Assembly: GCA_964016885.1 (NCBI GenBank) | Contig: OZ024741.1 | Span: forward strand, 104,780,001-104,844,000 | Direction: 5' to 3' | DNA: 64,000 nucleotides | Origin: Eledone cirrhosa | Taxonomy: Eukaryota | Shown: positions 1 through 12,155 of the stretch, piece after piece | Layout of the letters: every line of letters begins with the position of its first letter | How positions within the stretch are numbered: the stretch's first letter is position 1 | Notes under the pieces: model-generated | Told to the model about the DNA's origin: nothing | What the model saw: the letters and a program-made list of their open reading frames with translations, nothing else | The model's database searches: none | Program-made: the position numbers and the translations under genes

Positions 1-1674
1 TATATCCAATTATTATAAAAAAAACACTATTACTTAATCAGAAGTTTGGGTTTGTGGTCAGGAGTTTGATATTTCAAAATTTTCATATTTTTCAAGAAAA
101 AACACATTTTTTTAAATTTATCAGTTCATATAATTAAATCAACAGAGTATATATTTATTTTATTACACAAGCTTATCAAAAGCAAACAAGTAAAAACAAA
201 TAACATTTATAAAGCAACTTATACACGTCAGAAATGACTGAATTTCCTGGATTTGCGGTTGTAGTCCAGGTCGCATTCCCGCACTAGCCCCCAGATATAG
301 TCGCCCATCATTTTTTCATTGTAGTGGCCCTGGTACCTCCGCTCTATCTCTTTCACAACTTGGTGGAATCGTTCGCCTTGTTCTTCTGAGTAGGCGCCCA
401 TATTGTCCTTGAATTTTTCCAGGTGAGCGTCCATCGTATGGAGTTTAAGCGACATCCTGCATCCCATGGCGCCAAAAGCCTTTATCAGATCCTGCACCAG
501 TTGCTGGTAGTTTTCAGCTCTGTAGTTGCCCAGGAAGCCCTTAACAGTTCCATGCTGTTCTCTCAATCCTATTGAGCTTATTGGAGAACTCGGTAGACTC
601 AAACACCTTCTTTATCTGAGGTCCAACAAAAATTCCACCTTTGATTTTGGCTTCAGATAACTTGGGGAAGAACTCAAGAAGGTACTTAAAAGCGGCTGAT
701 TCTTGGTTGAGAGCCTTCACAAACTGCTTCATCAACCCCAACTTAATGTACAGTAGCAGCATGAGACAATCCTGGGATCAACCAGTGGCTCCCACATGAC
801 GTTCCGGGTCCCAACTACAAATTATGTTCGCTGCTCCCAGTTCTTTCTTTTGTAGTGGTCAGAGGTGGCTCTGCTGTCCCAAAGGCAGAGGAAGCATTGG
901 AATTTGATAAAGCCTCCTTGGAGTCCAAGCAGGAAAGTCACTATCTTGAAGTCTCCAATGATTTCCCAATTGTACTGGTTGTATTGCAGAGCTTCCAAGA
1001 GGACTTTCACACTGTAGTAATCTTCCTTCAGGCAGACTGAATGAGCTAGGGGCAGTGTCCTGAACTTGTTTCCATTGTGGAGGAGGACAGCCTTCACACT
1101 TGTGGTGGAACTGTCTATAAATAGCCGCCACTCCTTGGGCACAAACGGCACCCCAATAACGTCAAACAGTCCAGGCACGTCATGGCAGAAGCAGAGGCCA
1201 TCCCTAAGAGTGTAAAAGCCTGAGAAAGGTTCGTGTCGACTTTTCTGACTTGTCACCTGCACTTCCTCCTTGACCAAGTTCCACTGCTTCATCCTGGAGA
1301 CGAATGCTTAAAACACAACTTACCCTTTATTCAGGGTGCGAAAATCCAGTATCAATAAATCTCTTCAATCCACTTTTTAACAATTTTATACTTTATTGCA
1401 TTTTTATAATTTTCTTTAGGTATTACTCTTTATTTTATAATTTTAATTTAACCTGAAACATATATAAAAAAATCATTTAACATAAGCAAATTAAACTTAC
1501 ATGCAACGTAAAATCCAGCATACAAATAATTCTAATGAATAGCTTAGAATTTTTACATACCCAAACTTTTAACTGTTTAATAGCAGGTTTTTTATTATTT
1601 ATTTGGGACCTAAGCAACACAAAAAAGTGATTACAAGCCAGGAACAGAGAAAAAGATTTTTTTGTTACACGGCG
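1..1674 (-). mobile_element. Decayed Chapaev3-like (CMC superfamily) DNA transposon with frameshifted transposase; other terminus not seen in window
   Basis: Three consecutive minus ORFs (822-1292, 541-762, 228-602) carry LFIDSS..KAVLLHNGN, GDFK..LLGLQGG..K..CFLCLWDSRA, IKLGLMKQFVKAL, GIFVGPQI, GCRMSLKLH and SEEQGERFHQ motifs. A terminus-like tttgttacacggcg ends at 1674. Superfamily assigned from recalled motifs. Confidence 0.75.
228..1292 (-). pseudogene. DDE transposase pseudogene (3 frameshifted segments)
   Basis: Collinear transposase motifs split across ORFs 822-1292, 541-762 and 228-602. Confidence 0.85.
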
Positions 1675-1862
1675 TAATCTATTAACAAAAATCGAAAATG
1701 TAAACACTGCAACACTTGTCTCAGAGAAAAACATCAGCGTAACCAAACTATCAGTTATTTTGAAACAAAGAAATTGGATGGACATGAAAAACAAAAAAAA
1801 AAAAATGCAATTTTATCACCTATCACCTCTCTGCACGACTGTCTGTCTGCACAACTTTATCG

Positions 1863-2210
1863 CCTATAGCAGTAAAGCCCGGCGTTGCTCGGGGCTGCTC
1901 AGTAGCTGTGTTAAAGTTACAATGTTAAGTTCCTTTCACATTCATCTGTAGAACAAACGTAATCCATGTGTCAAATTTTGTGAAAATCGGTTGCGAACTC
2001 CAGAAGTTATGACGTTTGTTGCATTGCACTGCAGTGCTTCAGTCGACTCCATGGAAGTGGTTAAAGGGGGTTATCTGCCGGGAGGCCCTATAATCAATAT
2101 CTGGAAAAATGAAAGTGCCCATGACCATCCAGTGTACATAAGTAACCTATGTCTTAAGTTTGGTGAAAATACTGTAGAAATGCATAAGGTTTACACACAC
2201 ACACACACGC
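1863..2210 (-). mobile_element. Non-autonomous Helitron-like fragment
   Basis: Subterminal hairpin cccggcgttgctcggg next to a ctatag end (same hairpin at 61068 and a similar one at 45236); internal tgtcaaattttgtgaaaatcgg-type motifs ending in (AC)n. Confidence 0.5.
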
Positions 2211-2349
2211 GCGCGCGTCTGTGTATTTGTGTGTGTGTATGTATTGTGTGTTCGTATGTATATGTATGTGTATGTCCGTCGGCGCATACGTATGTACTGG
2301 CCTAAATCTTCACTATTTACTTTTACTATTTTAAGGCAAAGTTAAAATG

Positions 2350-2455
2350 CTGTCGAGGTTAACTTTGCCTTTCATTCTTACGGGGTTGATAAAATAAAGT
2401 ACCAGTAATGTACTGGGTGATTGCTGGCCTTGTGCCAAAAGTAGAAACAACTATT
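2350..2455 (+). mobile_element. Octopus-type tRNA-derived SINE (OK/OR-like), 3' part
   Basis: gaggttaactttgcctttcatt..ggggttgataaaataaagtaccagt..ggccttgtgccaaaagtagaaac; matches copies at 4650, 17435, 18545 and 56590. Confidence 0.75.
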
Positions 2456-2544
2456 TTAATAACCTCTGTCATTTTCGTTTACAATTTTATTTACATCATT
2501 CTTAAACTCCGGGGCTGGAAATCATTCGGTTATTTTAAATAGAA

Positions 2545-2812
2545 TATTAGTCTAACGACTCCATTTATACCATAAACTTGATCTTGTCTTTGCATCAAAT
2601 TGTTCTTCTCAGTCCACATAACGACGTATTATCCTCGCTTTTTTTTCCGTTCATTACCAGGGAGCGTCTTCACGAACCAAAATATCGTCTTTCTGTTTTC
2701 CTTCGGTTGCAACGTTTCTCGAAATATTTAATTCTGCGTTCACAGATTGAAATTTTTAGTTTAAGAAGATCCCGTTAATGTTGAAAGCAGCGATTCTTTG
2801 CTTAAACTTTCT
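2545..2812 (+). mobile_element. Non-coding repeat family D (PLE-tail-like, hammerhead-like end)
   Basis: Clearly homologous to 51700-51950, 11565-11786 and 61218-61337 (agaagatcccgttaa..tgaaagcagcgattctttgcttaaacttt). Confidence 0.7.
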
Positions 2813-2930
2813 TTCTTTCTCAACCCCTCTCCCTTTTTTCTCATACCCTCTATCTCTCTTTCTCTCTTTCTCTCACTCATACCCCCTCTCTCTCTTCCTC
2901 TACAGAATGGAGAACAATAAAGAACGCACT

Positions 2931-2932
<2 letters not shown>

Positions 2933-2981
<49 letters not shown>

Positions 2982-2999
2982 TCATATATGTGTTTGTGT

Positions 3000-3034
<35 letters not shown>

Positions 3035-3087
3035 CGAGCGTTCGTCGCCATTCTCTCTCTCTCTCTCTCTCTCTCTGTCTTCATATA

Positions 3088-3118
<31 letters not shown>

Positions 3119-3138
3119 GAACGAGCGTTCGTCGCCAT

Positions 3139-3186
<48 letters not shown>
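2933..3186. repeat. Tandem duplication of a compound microsatellite unit (TC)n-tgtcttcatatatgtg-(TG)n-aacgagcgttcgtcgccattc
   Basis: Unit seen twice in direct orientation. Confidence 0.85.
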
Positions 3187-3190
<4 letters not shown>

Positions 3191-3309
3191 ATTATCTTGT
3201 ACCTCTCTCTGTATAACGACCTATCTCACTCTCTCTCTCTACATCACCCTTTCTCTCTTTATATGTATATATATGTGTGTGTATGTGTGTGTGATATATA
3301 TATATAGAG

Positions 3310-3587
3310 AGAGAGTTGCAACATGTATGTAGTTTCATAGATTTTTTTAGGGTAGTAGTGAGAGGAATTAAGCGTATAAGAGAGAGGGTTACAGCATATA
3401 TTTAGTTTTATCGATCTTTTTTCATAGAAGCAGGACATTTTTGGCAAAGTTTATTACGCGTTGGCCATCCTTGGTAAATTTGGAGCACATTGGAAAAAAA
3501 TCATCAAAATCGGTAGAGAAATGTGGAAATGCATAAAAATCATACACACACAAAGACAGACATCTTCCGTTTTATATATATATAGAT
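3310..3587 (-). mobile_element. Non-autonomous Helitron-like 5' end fragment
   Basis: caaaatcggtagagaaatgtggaaatgcata..acagacatcttccgttttatatatatatagat terminus, similar to 61660-61733. Confidence 0.5.
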
Positions 3588-3589
3588 TT

Positions 3590-4575
3590 CCGGTTAGTTG
3601 ATTCAATAACCGGATGGTTGTTTATATATTGTCAAAGCTTTTTTGTCACATTGTGTGACGTCCTCTGTGACTGATTTCTTATTTTATGTCTCTCCTTTGT
3701 TCTGTCCTATGCCATCTTGTTTTTGTGTGTTGTCTGCTGTGTGCTTGGTTTGCGCATGCGTTACACCCGACTGTGTGTGTGTTTTTATTTATTTATGTGT
3801 TTATTTATTTGTTACCAGCTGGTTGTTTGTTCCATCCGTGTGTGTCTGGTTTGTTTTATTAGTTTGTTTTTTGTGTGTCTCTCTGTACATCTTCATTTTA
3901 TCCTTAATTACTAGTTGTGATGTTGCTATTCCATTCATGTTTTCTGTTTAATTGTGGTTGGAGTTCGTTTATATCTGTCACTTCTGTAATCTGTCAGAGG
4001 ATTGCGTCTTTTCTGTGTGGATATAATTTTATCTCTGTTCTCTAGTGTGGCCCTATGTTCAATTTTGTCACGTTCATTTAGCCATTATCATTTATCCGTT
4101 CATTTATTCTTTCTCTTATGCTACGGGCTGTTTCACCTATATATGTTGTGTTCTTATTCCTACACCATCCTTCAGTACATCTTATCCTATATACTACGTT
4201 TCTAGTTCTGCAGTTAGTATGTGGGCTTAATCTGCAGTCTATTCATTTCCTATCAGTGCAGGGGATTCTTTAAAACGGATATGTTTTACTAATTAGGGTT
4301 TTTTTGGGGATACCTGTTCTTTCAACTATCTTAATATTGCGAGAACTCTAGGATGGAAAAACCTCATCAGTACTCCACCAACATGCCAAAATAAAACATA
4401 GGGGCACACTCGAGAACATAGAGATAAAAATTATTTCCACAAACAGAAAAGACGCAATGCTCCGACAGATTACAGAACATAAAGGAACTCCAACCAAAAT
4501 TAAACAGAAAACATGAGTGGAAGAGCAACATCACAACTAGTAATTAAGGATAAAATGAAGACATACAGAGACATT
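3590..4575. mobile_element. Old inverted pair of PLE family B 3' ends (minus arm ~3590-4335, plus arm ~4340-4575)
   Basis: Plus arm encodes HQHAKIKHRGTLENIEIKIISTNRKDAMLRQIT..KELQPKLNRKHEWKSNITTSN*, homologous to the C-terminus of ORF 37833-39884; 3880-4075 is a diverged reverse complement of it. Confidence 0.8.
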
Positions 4576-4649
4576 CAGTGACACGAAGAAGCAATTCATA
4601 ATCGAATTAATCAATTATTTCCCCCCACCACTTCATCAGAAATATAATT

Positions 4650-4837
4650 GTTTCTACTTTTGGCACAAGGCCAGCAATTAACCAGTGTATTACTGGTACT
4701 TTATTTTATCGACCCCGTAAGGATGAAAGGCAAAGTTAACCTCGGCGGGATTTGAACTCAGAATGGCAAGGGCCAAAACTCTATGCCTCAAAGCATGGCG
4801 TCCGACCCTCTACCGATACTGCCAATCCACTACCCTT
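4650..4837 (-). mobile_element. Octopus-type tRNA-derived SINE (OK/OR-like)
   Basis: B-box (tgagttcaaatccc on minus) and conserved core; direct repeat cac..cttcatcagaaatataa / cctcatcagaaatataa on both flanks (TSD-like). Confidence 0.8.
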
Positions 4838-5517
4838 CACTACCTCATCAGAAATATAATAAAAGGCAAAAAGGTCCATTGGAGTGGAGTGTAAAAGTAA
4901 AAATAGATAGCATTATACAAGAAGTAATAACACCCACACAAAACTAAGTGGATATCTCAATTTATAAATCTTTGTGTATAACTGCCCCCTTTTTTGTCGT
5001 GCTGAATTTATTCCTGCCAAGATGTTAACCAAAGACTACTTGTCAAAAGACTTTACAGTGTCTGAATTGTTTCGAAATGAGTGGATGTTATTACCTCTTA
5101 TATTTTACTTTTATCTTTATTTTTAATCTCCACACTAAGGTATGTTTTTACCTTTATTATTACTGATGAGATGATGAGGGAAGGCAGTTAATCGATATTA
5201 TCGATTATGGATTGATTTTTCTTGTCATTTAAACGCGCGTTGAATAAAAAAAATGTTCTAAGTCTGTAAATCCTTCGGTTTTTCCTTTAAATACATATTA
5301 ATGCTTTCTGCTGCCGGTTATTTTCCAATCTTTCGGATCTTACTTCCTAGACCTTACCTTGGATTTATTTGATCTGCATGATTAATAATCATAACAACAT
5401 ACCAAGCTTCCCAGCATCGGGTGTAGTAAAAACTAAGTGGCTATCTCCTCCATTTATAAATCATTGTATACATATATATACACACATGTGTGTGTGTGTG
5501 TATACATACACCCCCCT

Positions 5518-5556
<39 letters not shown>

Positions 5557-5623
5557 TAGATAGATAGATGGATACATACATATATATATATACATACGTG
5601 TGTGTGTATATATGTGTATATAT

Positions 5624-5736
<113 letters not shown>

Positions 5737-5763
5737 CAAAAGATGGTTAAATGAGTTTCATGT

Positions 5764-5831
5764 ATTTTATTATGCGCATTTCAAAAACAAATATCATCAT
5801 GGGATGATATTTGCGTCTCATCAGATAAAAT
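5764..5831 (-). ncRNA. Minimal type-I hammerhead ribozyme (PLE-type)
   Basis: Minus strand: attttat-CTGATGA-[stem II gcaaatatcatc/gatgatatttgt]-GAA-atgcgcat (palindromic stem III)-A-ataaaat; about 35 nt from the (TA)n tract. Confidence 0.85.
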
Positions 5832-6053
5832 GATATGAAGCTTAAAAAACACTTGCGAGCAGTGAAGTGTCAAATCAACATATGAAAAATAAAATTAGAG
5901 GGATATATGAGATTGGAAAAGAGGTAAGGAAGGGGGAAAGAAAAGGTAAGGAAGAGGAAGAAAAAATATAGATAGAAGAAAAAAAATATAATAATAAGGA
6001 AAGGATGACGGAGGAGGAGAATAAGAAGGAAGGATGAGAGAGGAGGAGAAAAT

Positions 6054-6116
<63 letters not shown>

Positions 6117-6205
6117 TTTAAAACACCGTCTCACAGAGAAAAATAAAAAAAAACGTTGTAAGATAATACTTAATTTTAAAAAATTATGAAATTAAAAGTT
6201 AATGA

Positions 6206-8209
6206 GGTTTATGAATGGTGATGCTTATGATTAAAGAAAAAGGAATTAAGAATACTATTTATTTAAGGTTTATATATTGAAGGGTTTAATAAGTTGTGCG
6301 GAAAGGAATTTATTAAAATGTATTATTAAAATAAAATATATTAAGAAGATAAGGTGAATGAAGATAAAGTTAAATGAATTATGAACTTAGAGGAATTAAT
6401 TAGGGTCCGAGTTTGTTTCAATATATTGTAATAGGAAAAAGTAAATAATAGAGTTAATACGAGTATGGAAAGAGAGAAGAAAGACAAAATTCAAGGAAGA
6501 AAAAATATATAACGTCAAAAATATGTTTACAAAATTTCTCTAATGGTAATATTAGTATATATTAAAAATAAAAATGTGTATGGCCGAGAATATAAGGAAA
6601 ATGCTATAGTGAGTTATAAGATGAATTAGTAATTGAGAAGTAAAAGTTGTAGATTAAAGATTAGTAATATAGTTAGTTATAAGCATTCCAATAGCATAAA
6701 GAAAAGACCTAGATATAAAAATATGATTTGGTACAACGCTCCTTTTTCTCTATATATTATTAGTAATATTCCTAAACTGTTTTTAGGGCCTTAGATAAAT
6801 GCTTCCCTCCTTCACATATTTATAGTAAGATCTTTAATAAGCATACAATTAAATTCTCTTATTCCACCACTTCCAACATTTCTAACATTATCTCAAAACA
6901 TAATACTAAAATATTAAATAATAAATCATATCCATCCAACACTGAGCGTCATAATAATAACCATAGTAAGCCCGACGTCAATGTTAACTCTAGGCTAGAT
7001 TCCGCAAATTTAAATACGACGTCAAACGCAACTTTGTCGAATGTTCATAATACCAATCTAAATCAGGAAACTTTAGTACCTATCGTAAGTAACTTCTCCA
7101 ATTCAATTACTTCTATAAATAAAGCTGGGTCACTTGCTAATAACTGTGGTAATTACTCTAATCGTAATTGCAATTGCCCTATTACAAATAAATGTCCTCT
7201 TAGTAACCAATGTCTTGATAACAATTTAGTGTATGAATGTAAGGTTATAACTAGTACTAATTCTTTTACCTACTTTGGCTCCACTTCCACTTCCTTTAAG
7301 GCAAGATTTTATAATCATAATTCTTCGTTTAGATACCCACTTAAAAGAACTAACACAGCACTCTCAGAACTCATATGGTCCTTAAAGGACAAAAATATTA
7401 ACTACAACATTTCTTGGAGAAAGGTTTGCAACGCCTCTCCTTGCCTTAATTCTTCCCTATCAAGAACATGTAATCTCTGCCTAGCGGAGAAATTTACCAT
7501 TATCTCTAATTTTAATTCTATAATAAATAGACGTACGGATTTATTTTCGCTCTGCTTGCATACATCCCATAGAACTTTCCATAAAGGATACAACTAATAT
7601 CTTACTACCTAATTAGTTTAAAATCTTTTTCTCAAACACTTTTATATTTTTAACAAATATACCCATCTTTCTACCTTATTTTAGTATATTATACAACATT
7701 ACTAATACTATGTCGTTAGCGGTCCCCTAATTTTCTTCTTTTTTTAATTTCTAATCTTTAATCTGCAACTTTTACTTCTCAATTACTAATTCATCTTATA
7801 ACTCACTATAGCATTTTCCTTATATTCTCGGCCATACACATTTTTATTTTTAATATATACTAATATTACCATTAGAGAAATTTTGTAAACATATTTTTGA
7901 CGTTATATATTTTTTCTTCCTTGAATTTTGTCTTTCTTCTCTCTTTCCTTACTCGTATTAACTCTATTATTTACTTTTTCCTATTACAATATATTGAAAC
8001 AAACTCGGACCCTAATTAATTCCTCTAAGTTCATAATTCATTTAACTTTACCTTCATTCACCTTATCTTCTTAATATATTTTATTTTAATAATACATTTT
8101 AATAAATTCCTTTTCGCACATCTTATTAAACCCTTCAATATATAAACCTTAAATAAATAGTATTCTTAATTCCTTTTTCTTTAATCATAAGCATCACCAT
8201 TCATAAACC
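6206..8209. mobile_element. PLE family C remnant with ~460-bp inverted 3'UTR arms (6206-6664 / 7751-8209)
   Basis: Arms are near-perfect reverse complements; the interior 6680-7597 (+) encodes the PLE linker (NMIWYNAPFS) and a GIY-YIG domain. Confidence 0.85.
6700..7597 (+). pseudogene. PLE C-terminal region: CNC zinc-knuckle-like motif plus GIY-YIG endonuclease, frameshifted, 5'-truncated
   Basis: CNCPITNKCPLSNQCLDNNLVYEC..TYFGSTSTSFKARFYNH..TALSELIW..CNLCLAEK in ORF 7034-7597. Confidence 0.85.
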
Positions 8210-10085
8210 GCATCCAGGTAACGATGGTCAACCCTATCGAAAGCCTTTGACTGATCCAAGTTGATCAGGGCCCCACTGAAGCCGGGTTTACACCCTACCC
8301 TCTCTATGATGTATCGTATGAGGTGGAGGTTGTCGTGTATGGATCTTGTCGCGATTGCGCATGTCTGTGCTTCTCCCACCAGAATTTCGACGACAAGCGC
8401 CAGCCTCTTTGCCAACACCTTAGCCAAAATCTGTAACTCTGTGTTGAGCAGGGTTATGGGCCGGAAGTTGCCTATGTCATCCCCCTTGTTCTCGTCCTTC
8501 CTGACTAACGTGATTACGCCCTTGGTCACAGAATTGGGAGTTCTCCCGTTCTGTTGCCAGTTGCAGTAGATCGCTTCCAGGAAACCGGAGAACAAGTCCG
8601 GCATTGATACGTAAAATTCGTAGGGTAGACCGTCAAGACCTGGAGATTTGCGTTTGCCCTATTGACTCAGCGCGTCCTCTATCCCAGCGGCCGAAATCGG
8701 CCTTTCACAGAACTTCGCCTCGCTGTCCGAGAGTCGCGGTAGGCCGTCGAGGTATGGACAGAAATCCATAGCCCCTCCCGGCGCGCCGCCCTGCCCGAAC
8801 AGTTGAGCAAAGTGCCGCTGAAAGGCCGCGCACATTTGCTTCGGCTCACGTATCCCGCGTCCATCTTGGTCCTTCAAAGACCGAATCGTGAACTTGTTGC
8901 CACTCTTCGCCTCCGTCACTCGGGCCCAGCTAACTTCCCAGAGCACGTATTTTGCTTCTGACAACGCAGCCTACATGCTTTGCGTCGAAGAACTGGTCCA
9001 AGGCCATTCTCGTCGCTAGCACGCTGGCTACGTTCCCACTCCTAAGTGCCTCTTCTACTTTATCTACCAGTTCCTTTTCGGTCTTATTTCTATCTAACAC
9101 TAATTCTTTACTAAAACCTATCGAGTCTAATCTAACTGCCCTCTTGAGAGAGTACCACCATCTGTTATTGACAATGGCCCCCGTCAAGTGCTGCTTAATT
9201 AAAGTGCTAATCCGTCTACTGTAGGCTTTGAATGTCGGTAACGACAAGTTCAGCTTCCAGTAGCCGGGTCCCTGTCTATGGGTTCTATCAAGGTTGGCCA
9301 TGCAGGTCACTAGTTTGTGATCTGAATAGGCATCCATAAACATTTGTGGACAGCTTAACATGTCCCTATCCTTCTTTCTAACTAGAACCCTATCTAGGTA
9401 CGATCTAGATGTTCCGCTAAGATTAGTCCACGTCCACAGTGGCACAGTCGGAAAATCTAGTCGATATCTATCGGTCAGGTCAAATCGGCCGATTAACTGT
9501 TTGAGGCTGTTACACCCCTCTCTATCGGGACATGCTCCCACATAGTCCCAACCTGCATCGAGGATTCTATTCCAGTCCCCCACTAACAGCAGGGAGCGGC
9601 ACGTTCCCAAAAAAGTCTCTAGATGTTTGAAGAAGTCTGGCCGCGGTGTCCTGGATGGGGCATATGCGGCCAACAGCCTGAAGACTCCACCTTCACTACC
9701 GTCAACGTCTAGGACCACCAGTCGACCCTCCGGGTCTAGATGTACCGTCTGTGTTACGAGGTCCATGTGTTTCCGCAGCAAAACGGCAACCGCACCCCCA
9801 CCTCCCGGCTGACAGAGAGATGCGTAGATCTCAAACCGTTGAAGATGGGGGAAAGTTGTTGCTCGCTGTGGATCCTGGACTCGCAAATGGCTACTACATC
9901 CATACTGTGCGACCTGAGGTCGTTTAAGAGTTTGCCCTGTTTCCAGGGCATCCCCAGGCCGCGTACATTCACACAACCAACTCTTATATTGGCCATGTTG
10001 GTGCTGAAAAGTTAAAAGATGAAAAGAAATCACTCACTTCTTCGTCTCCTGGGGACCAGGCTGCACAATTTCCATGGGGGTGTTG
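8210..10085 (-). mobile_element. L1/Tx1-clade LINE ORF2 remnant (APE endonuclease plus N-terminal RT), frameshifted, 3'-truncated
   Basis: GCVNVRGL, GDWN, SYLDR, SDH and GPGYWKLN (APE); FRPITLLNTELQILAKVLA, IHDNLHLIR and LDQSKAFDRVDH (RT). Confidence 0.92.
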
Positions 10086-10186
10086 AGATAGATAGATAGA
10101 TAAATAGATAGATAGATAGATGTGTTGGTTTGTTGCCTACTGAAATTTATCCAGTGATCATCAATTTTAAATATATATATATATAT

Positions 10187-10377
10187 ATGAAAAAGTATGA
10201 CCCCAACGGCACAGCTCAAGCCGTTTCGACGGCTATTTGTAGTCCAGAAATAGCCGTCGAAACGGCTTGAGCTCTGCCGTCGGGGTCATAATTTTTCATA
10301 TTTCCCACTCTACTACTCTAAGTATTGAGTACTCTGGTGCGTTATGGTCCATCTGGTTCCTTACCACAATTCCTTTG

Positions 10378-10380
<3 letters not shown>
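10187..10380. mobile_element. Short foldback insert in (TA)n carrying the 3' half of a hammerhead
   Basis: 10187-10240 is the reverse complement of ~10247-10300; GAAACGGC-loop-GCCGTC-ggggt forms stem III with a GUC site; same family as 28318-28460. Confidence 0.7.
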
Positions 10381-10473
<93 letters not shown>

Positions 10474-10734
10474 TGTTAACCTCCAGTTTTGATCATTTTT
10501 CCTTTCATCTATAATATATCTGTACAGTTTACATTTGATCATAGCTATGGCCATTATAACATACGTTCTACCTACAATATATATATTCCACCTACAATAA
10601 CTGCCGTTAGGAACATCTCTTTATCGCTAGCTGCATATCAATGCTTTTCTGTTTACATTTGCAGTGATTCAATACACATCTTTTTATCTTCAAAATAGTT
10701 TTGGAAACTATTAAATTTCTGTATAGGCACATAT

Positions 10735-10780
<46 letters not shown>

Positions 10781-10864
10781 CTCTATCTATCTATCTATCT
10801 ATCTATCCATCTATCTGTTTATCTATCTATTTATCTATCTATCTAGCAACAACAACAAACTGAA

Positions 10865-11135
10865 TTCATTCAATGTTAAAACTCATTGGACCTCCACGGG
10901 ATGAATGATGAATGATTTAGCAAAATCTACGCTGATTTCACCACTTGCTGATCGAAAAACAGAAACATATTAACTTTACATGCACATGTAATTCAAAAGG
11001 CCAGCCTTGTCAATCACTGTATCATGCTAAATATCCATGAGACTTGAATATCTGACACAATCTGCGGTAAAAGACACTTGCCTAAGATGCCCTACTGAGG
11101 GATCGAACCCGGAAGTTACATTCTGATCATGATGC
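10865..11135 (-). mobile_element. Decayed tRNA-derived SINE
   Basis: B-box gggttcgatccc on minus at ~11097-11111; body similar to 52840-53160. Confidence 0.55.
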
Positions 11136-11510
11136 GAATTTCCTGGCCTATTCAAGCATTTCTATGTCCAACTAAGTATGTTTATAAACATACAAATATA
11201 TGTATATCAGTAGAAGCCTAACATTCTTTATGTAGGCGGAGAGTACCTGATTTTGGAGTCGCAGAAACCAATACTGGATTTTACCATCAGTCCAGGGTCC
11301 GGGAAAGTATCAACACATATATTTTTATTGTTTGACCCGAATTACTTGGTCGTTTGTTTTGGCTGTGCGGATGATATGTTTAACCACCATCTCAGTGTGT
11401 TTGGCCCTTAACGTATGTTGTAGCTCTGATTCACATGAATCATCGAGCGCTTGCCACACATATCGGACGTTGATTTTCGTTAATTCCTGAGCTGAAAACG
11501 ATTCTCGCTA

Positions 11511-11564
<54 letters not shown>

Positions 11565-11568
<4 letters not shown>

Positions 11569-11786
11569 ATAATAATAAATTTGAAGACTAAAATCCAAAG
11601 AAGGCTCGATAAGGATAAATATATATCAAATATATAAGAACCGTAGAGCAAATATTTATTAAAATAACAGATTAAAGTTTAAGAAAAGAATCGCTGCTTT
11701 CACCCTTAACGGGATCTTCTAAGATCCCGTTAAGGGTGAAAGCAGCGATTCTTTGCTTAAACTTTAATCTGTTATTTTAATAAATA
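11565..11786. mobile_element. Family D foldback insert in (TA)n with ~65-bp near-perfect arms centred at 11720
   Basis: ..cacccttaacgggatcttct|aagatcccgttaagggtg..; both ends run into (TA)n. Confidence 0.85.
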
Positions 11787-11816
11787 TATATATATATATT
11801 TATATATATATATATT

Positions 11817-11891
<75 letters not shown>

Positions 11892-12093
11892 GTATTGACG
11901 TAGCACAGTTGTCCGGATAACCAAAGATGTGGGTTCGACTCCCATGTACGTCAATACTCATCTTTTTCCATTTCTCCGAGGGTTCTTAACCCACTATCAG
12001 GCTAAATAATTTCTTTAATTTCTTTAATCAAAATACGGCGATAGCTTACATTTCTAATAATTTCAAACCCACTCGCTGTTTCGAAAATATTCT

Positions 12094-12150
<57 letters not shown>

Positions 12151-12155
<5 letters not shown>

